Shown here: positions 19,401-25,400 of the stretch, piece by piece
Layout: each line of letters starts with the position of its first letter
Position numbering within the stretch: the stretch's first letter is position 1
Source: an uncultured Verrucomicrobiota bacterium
GTDB lineage: Bacteria > Verrucomicrobiota > Verrucomicrobiia > Limisphaerales > MWDV01
DNA: 64,000 nt
Direction of reading: 5' to 3'
NCBI GenBank assembly: GCA_964634255.1
Contig: CAZWJC010000008.1
Coordinates: 381-64,380, forward strand
Program-made: the position numbers and the translations under genes
The notes under the pieces: generated by a model
What the model saw: only the letters and a program-made list of their open reading frames with translations
What the model was told of the DNA's origin: nothing
Database searches by the model: none

Positions 19401-22400
19401 TCCTGTTCCATCTGGAGTTTCACGGTGGCGCAGACCCCGGCGCCGGACGCATCCTTGGGACTGCGACTGGCCGGCTTCACCGAGGCGACCGGTGTGGCAG
19501 GAGCGGGCTGCGGCGGGAGCGATTCATAGGTTATCGTCCGCGAGCGAGTGGTTGCCGCCAACGCGGTGTTGCGAGTCCCGGCGCCGGATGTGCCCGCCGG
19601 AGCGCCTGGGGACTGATTCAATTGTGACGCGCTCGCCACGCCGAGTATCTGTGCGACGCTGTCCGCGTCGAGTTCGGGCAGAACTGGCGCGAGCTGCTGA
19701 GCCTGAAGGAGCGGGAGGCAGGAGTTGGTAATCAACGTTCGCGAGATGCCGTGTTTCACGTAGCGCTCGGTTTGTTTTACGGTGACAGAGCCTTCAATCT
19801 CCACCTTGGCCACCAAACCATCGAAGCAGCTTTCCAGCTTGGGCGGGCTGTCGCTGCAGGCGCTGTATTTCAAACTCAATCCGGTTTCAAATCCTGCCGC
19901 CCCTTTGGCGCTGCCCTTGTACTTGAGATTCCCTTCTTCCACCGACAAGGTGGCCGTAGCCTTCACACCCGCAAAGGCCTTGCCGCCGAGCGTGAAAGTC
20001 ATGCAGAGCCTCGGGTCCTGGAAGTGGCATTTGGTGGACAACTCCAGTTCGCCGGAGCCGTAAAGGGTGAACTCCACACCCGCGAGCAGGTCCGCTTTCG
20101 CCTCGATCGGTGCGGCAGGCGGTTGCTTGATTTCCCAGCCCAGCTCCGGCTGGAATCCCAAGCCGATGACGGTTTCGATGCCCACGCCCACTTTGGTCTT
20201 GGTCTTCAACCCGCGGTTGCCGTTCGTGTCGCAACAGTTGCAGAACTGGCCGGAAACGGACGTCGTCAGGCGCACGCCGCGCAACTTAAGGCCGGGCGCT
20301 TGCACGGCCAGGATGCTGTTGATGCTGTCTTTGATCGGGCCGGCCAAGTCGTAGCGCAAGCCGAGTTGCGATGTCCAACAATCATCAGTGCCGCAACTGC
20401 ACGCCTGCATGGCCGTCACGTAGTTCTGGCTATCGCTAAACGTGAGATCGGTCTTGCCCGAAGGCGCGCTTTCGCCCGGCAGGGCGCTCGTGGGCGGGGG
20501 GGGGGCCAAATACGGGATGCGCGACGTGCCGTCTTCGCCCGGTTTGCTCTTGCAGTCACCGACCAAACCCCAGAGCAGGACCGGCACTTTCATGGGGATG
20601 CCCCGCGGTCCGCAGATGTATTTGTAACCCAGGTACGGCCAAAGATAGCAATCGCTGTCGCCGGCGTCCTTCGGCGACAGCCCGCCCCCGGCGCGCTTCC
20701 GCTGGATCAGGACAGGGACTGTGATCGTGCTGTGCGCCGGGAGTTCGCCGAGCTCCTTGAGCAACGGAGTGAAGGTCCAGTTCGCGTGACTCGGAAATAC
20801 GAACTGCGCGTCCTGGGCGGCGATCAAGCCGTGATTCTTGATCGTGAAGTTCACCTGCGTCTCGTCACCTTGAATCTGCGAGAGGTCCACCACGTTGGGC
20901 TCGATCGTTACGACCGGCGCCGGCACGGTGGTTTCAAACGTGGTTTCCAGGGTGATCTTCGTCCGATCCTCGATGGCGATTTCTTCCACCTTCCAGGTGT
21001 AGCGGACGAGCTGAGTGCGCAAGAAAACGAGTTGGTCGTTGGTTTCGCCCGGCTTCACATCCACGGTTCCGGTCGTGGTGTCGTGCTTGGCGACCGCGGC
21101 CTCCAAATTGTAGCGGCCCTCGGGCAGTTCCTCGAACGCCAGTTCTCCCTGCGCGTCGGTTTCGCCCCGCGCCACCACCGAGTTGTCGAACGGATCCCGC
21201 AGCACCACGGCGACGCCGGCGAGGTTGGTGGGCGGCGAACCGTAGTAAGCCATTTCGTCCACCGTGGTGATCTTCAGCGTGCCGACCGCAGCGGACACGA
21301 CCTTCAGCTTGAACTCGACCGGATTGAACAAACCCTCGCCCGTCACGGCCAGCGTGCCGGTCAGTTCTCCAATGGCTTGTTCCGGTGGCGGCAGGAATTG
21401 GAGCGTGAAGTGATTCGTTTCGCCTGATGCGAGTGCCGGGATCGGATTGGTCGAAGCCACACTCAACCAGGGCAGATTGGGTAGCGCGAGCGTCAGCGGC
21501 GAACTGGCCGCGCCACCGGTGTTGATCACTTCCAGTTCGACGAAGCGCTGCTGGCCACGCACCAGGCCCACATTAAGTGAGCCGGGCAGCACCACCAGCC
21601 GCGGGCGCAACGGCTTGATGATCAATTCCACCGGCACTTCCACATACGCGCCTTCCGTCGTGGCGCACACAAACGTAAATGTCACCAGCGACTCCTCGTC
21701 CAGCAACGACGTGATCGAGTAACTCACCGTCACGCTGCCCGAGGCCGGGATTGTGTTGATGGCTTGCGCCTGCACCGCGATGTTCGCCGTCGTGCTCGCC
21801 TGCACGCTGAGCCCGTGCAACGGCAGGTCGGCTTGGTTCTGTAATTGGAACTGGCCGGTGAACGTTGCCAGCGAGCTCATCTGCTGTCGAATGGGCGTCG
21901 AGTTTGCCTTTAAGCCCAGCAGCGTGAAGTGATCCTGCGCGCTCACGACGGCAACGCCGGGATGATCCGCCCCCACTTCGTACGAGCCCGCCTCGCCGGG
22001 CAGAGGATTCCATTGGATAGCGTAACGCCCTTCGCTGTCGGTCAGGGCGGAAATGACGCGGCTCATGCCGTTGTGAACCACGTGAATGTTCACCAGCTTG
22101 AACGCCGCCGGGGCGCCCAGCGCATTCGTCGCGCGACCCTGTAACGGTACCGGTGTGCCCGCCAAAGCAGTGTCCACCCCCGCCTCAACCGAGGCATGAT
22201 AAGCCGCACCGACCGTGATGGCCTGCGGGCTCATCGCAGTGTTGTTGTCTTCCAGAATCTCCTCCACCGCACCGCTCGTGTCGGTCTGAACGAGGATCCA
22301 GTAGTTGGCGCAGGCTTGGGGCAGGCGAACTTGGAGCGTCTGCTCGAAGAACTGGCCGGGCGGTAACATGCCGTTGAAAGTGTATTGGCCGGCGAGCGTG

Positions 22401-25400
22401 TCGTCGCCCACCGCAGCATCGCTGGAGAGAAAGACGCGCGTGATGAAGTTGCTATAGGTGGTGTTGAAGCCCTGGTTCGCCAAGCGGTAGTTCACACTCA
22501 CGTAGGCTTCCGCGTCCGCAGTGGTCGGCACGTTTACGCTCGACACCACCAGGTCGGGCAGGACGGAGTCGCTCACCGTGACGCGCTCGCTGGCTGAGGC
22601 AAACCCTGTGGCGGTCGCAGTCAGCGTGACCGTCCGATTGCCGTCGTTAGTGCCGTCGCCCACGGTGCCAATCTCGAACGCGGCCGAAGCTTGGCCCGCG
22701 GGGATCATTACAAGTCCTGGCGACGAGACCTCCGTGAGATCACTGGAAGTCACCGTGACCGCAAGCGCGTTCGTGGGCGGCGTGCTGCGGATAACCGTGC
22801 CTGTCCCAGCGGGCAGCACCCCTTCGGCGAGCAGCTTTGGATTCACTGTGAGGGTCAACGCCGGCCCGTCGTCGTCGGTGACCAGCAAGGTGACCGCCGG
22901 GAGGTTGGCCACTTGCTCTGCGCCTTGCGAGGCAAGCACGTAGCCGCCGATCCAGTTCGTCTTCGTCCCGTCCACGATGACGTTGTCCACGGTCGCCACG
23001 GCGAACGTGGCCGAGGCTTCGTTTTCCGAAATGACCACGCGCGCGGGTACGGTTGCCGTGGAGGGATCGCCCGAGACGAGTTCCACCGTCAGCGTCCGCG
23101 CCGTCACGGGCGTGCGCGTGACCGTTGCCAGAGTCGCTTGCGCGCCGGCACCTTCGCTGACCACCGGGTTGGCCAAGGCGAGCGTGACTGCGGGCGTGTC
23201 ATCGTCGTACACCGTGACGGACGTGGAATCACCGATGAAACCCGAAGCGCTCGCGACCACGGTGCAATCGGCTGGACCTTCCACCAACGTATCGTTAGCT
23301 GCGAGCAGGGAGAAACTCGCGTTGGTGGCCCCGGCAGGAATGGTGACGTAGCCCGGCGCCTGCAATCGGAACCGGCTGTAGCTCTCGATCAACACGGTCA
23401 AATCGTTGGTGATGCCCCCGTCGCGCGAGATGACTCCCGCCAATGCCGCACCTTCCAGCACATGAGGGAAGGCGGTCGCCAGCCGCAGTTGCGGACGGTT
23501 GGCGTCCAGCACGCGCACGAAGACTTGATCAAAAGCCACGCCCGGGGCTGTCGCCGTCAGCGTCACGTCCTTCGGGCCGTCCACCACTCCGTCAGCGATA
23601 ATCGTCACCTCGAAGTTGGTCGAAGCCGCGCCCGCCGGGATTGTGACGTTTGCCGGCACGCGCAGTTCAGCGGTGTTGCTGCTGACGAGGGAAACGACCA
23701 GGTTGCTCGTCACATTCCCGCTGCGGGTGATCACGCCCTGAATCGGCGTGCCCGCTGCCGCCTCGCTTACCTCCGTCATAGGCAATTGCATCGTCAGCGT
23801 GCTGAGCGGGACGACCGCGTTGGTGGTGATGGCGTTGTTGTTGCCTTCGTTGAGTTCAATCAGATCGTCGCCGCTGTCCGCCACCACTACGAAGTTCACC
23901 GCTGGGGCACTGAATGTCGGCGGCAGCGTTACCACTTGCGTGCGGGTCACGGATTCACCGACGGCAAGCTGGTTGGTGCATTGCAGTAGGAACAGGAACT
24001 GATCGTTCCCGACGTTCGTATCGCCGGAGAGATAAATGGAATCCGTCCAAGGAACCGAAACCGCAGCAGTGCCCTGATTGGTGACGGTCCACACCAATTC
24101 GACCGGCATGCCTGCTATGGCCGATCCGGGGCCCGCAAGGTCGACGACGGCCAAATCAGGCCGCGGCGGCAACGTCAGCGCGATGCAGGCGCCGCGGAGG
24201 TTGTTCGCCTCGTTGCCTTCCTGCAGCGTGCTGGCAGCATCGGCGGCAAGGACGATGAAGTAAACGCCCGCTGCGGATTGCGCGGCGAGGGGCAGGGTGA
24301 CGGTTTGCGTTCGCGTGTAGGTGGTGCCGACTGCTAGCGGACTGGCGTTCGCGGCGACGGTTGCCAGGAGCGTTGCGCCGGAAAGCGAGTTACTCGCAGC
24401 GCTCAGGTAAAGCTTGTCGCTCCAAGTGGACGACGCGGTCGCCGTGCCGGCGTTCGTGACGGCCCACGAGATGGTGATGGTGTCGCCGAACTGCGCGGCG
24501 GCGGGCGTCGTGACTTCACGCACCACCAGGTCGGGCGACGGTAGCGTGACCGCGGACGCCGCCACACGCAGGTTGTTCGCTTCATTGACTTCGGTGAGCG
24601 CGTTATCCGGATCGGCCGTGACGACGAACCATTTCTGACCTGTGAAGCTTGGCGGAATAATGACGGTGTTAGTAAAAAATGCGGACGCCCCTGCGCCGAG
24701 TGGAGAGGAGAGTGTGACGGTAGCCAGCGTGACCGCGCCGTTGCCGGCGGCGTCATTCGCGAGGGCAATGCGAGCATTCCATGGGACGCTGATGTTGCCG
24801 GGGCCGAGGTTGGTCATCGTCCAAACCACGTTTACCGGCGCACCGGGCACGGCTTCGGTTGGACCAGCAACCGCGAGGACGGCGAGGTCCGGCGGTACGG
24901 TGACGCTCGCGACCTGGCTGGTCGCTGCGCCGTAGGTGTTGGTTACGACGACGAAGTAATCGCCCGCTTGCGCTGAGGTCAGTGTGGCGAACGGAATCGT
25001 TAGCGCCATCCCGTTGGCGCCCGCCAGCAGTTGACCATTGTGGAACCATTGGTAGTGCAGCGTCGGCGAACCCAGCGCCATCGAGGCGAGCGTTACATCC
25101 GCCAGCGCAACCGAATTGCTAGCCGGCTGAACCGCAATCACCGGGGCTTGAGGCACGCCCGCCAGATAGACGGTGCCGTTCTGGCCCCACTGCGCGCCCG
25201 ATCCACCGGAAGCGGTGATGCGATTGGTGTCGAAGCCAGTGAGATTGGAAGCGTAGAGGGCGATGCGTCCGCCACCGCCGCCACCGCCCGGGCCGCCGGT
25301 GCCACTGGCGCCGCCATTGGCGCTGATCGTTCCACCGCCGGTGAGTGTGCCAACTTGCATCAAGACGGAACCACCCGAGCCGCCGCCGTAGTGAGTGTCG

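Noticed and set aside
19751-21427. 558-aa plus-strand ORF (and many others between 16.7 and 28.3 kb) antisense or out of frame to the giant gene
   Set aside because: The minus-strand frame is uninterrupted for 12 kb and full of recognisable domains. The alternative frames give Arg/Gly/Pro-rich low-complexity products, and in the Gly-rich repeat region they simply mirror the GGN/GCC codon periodicity.
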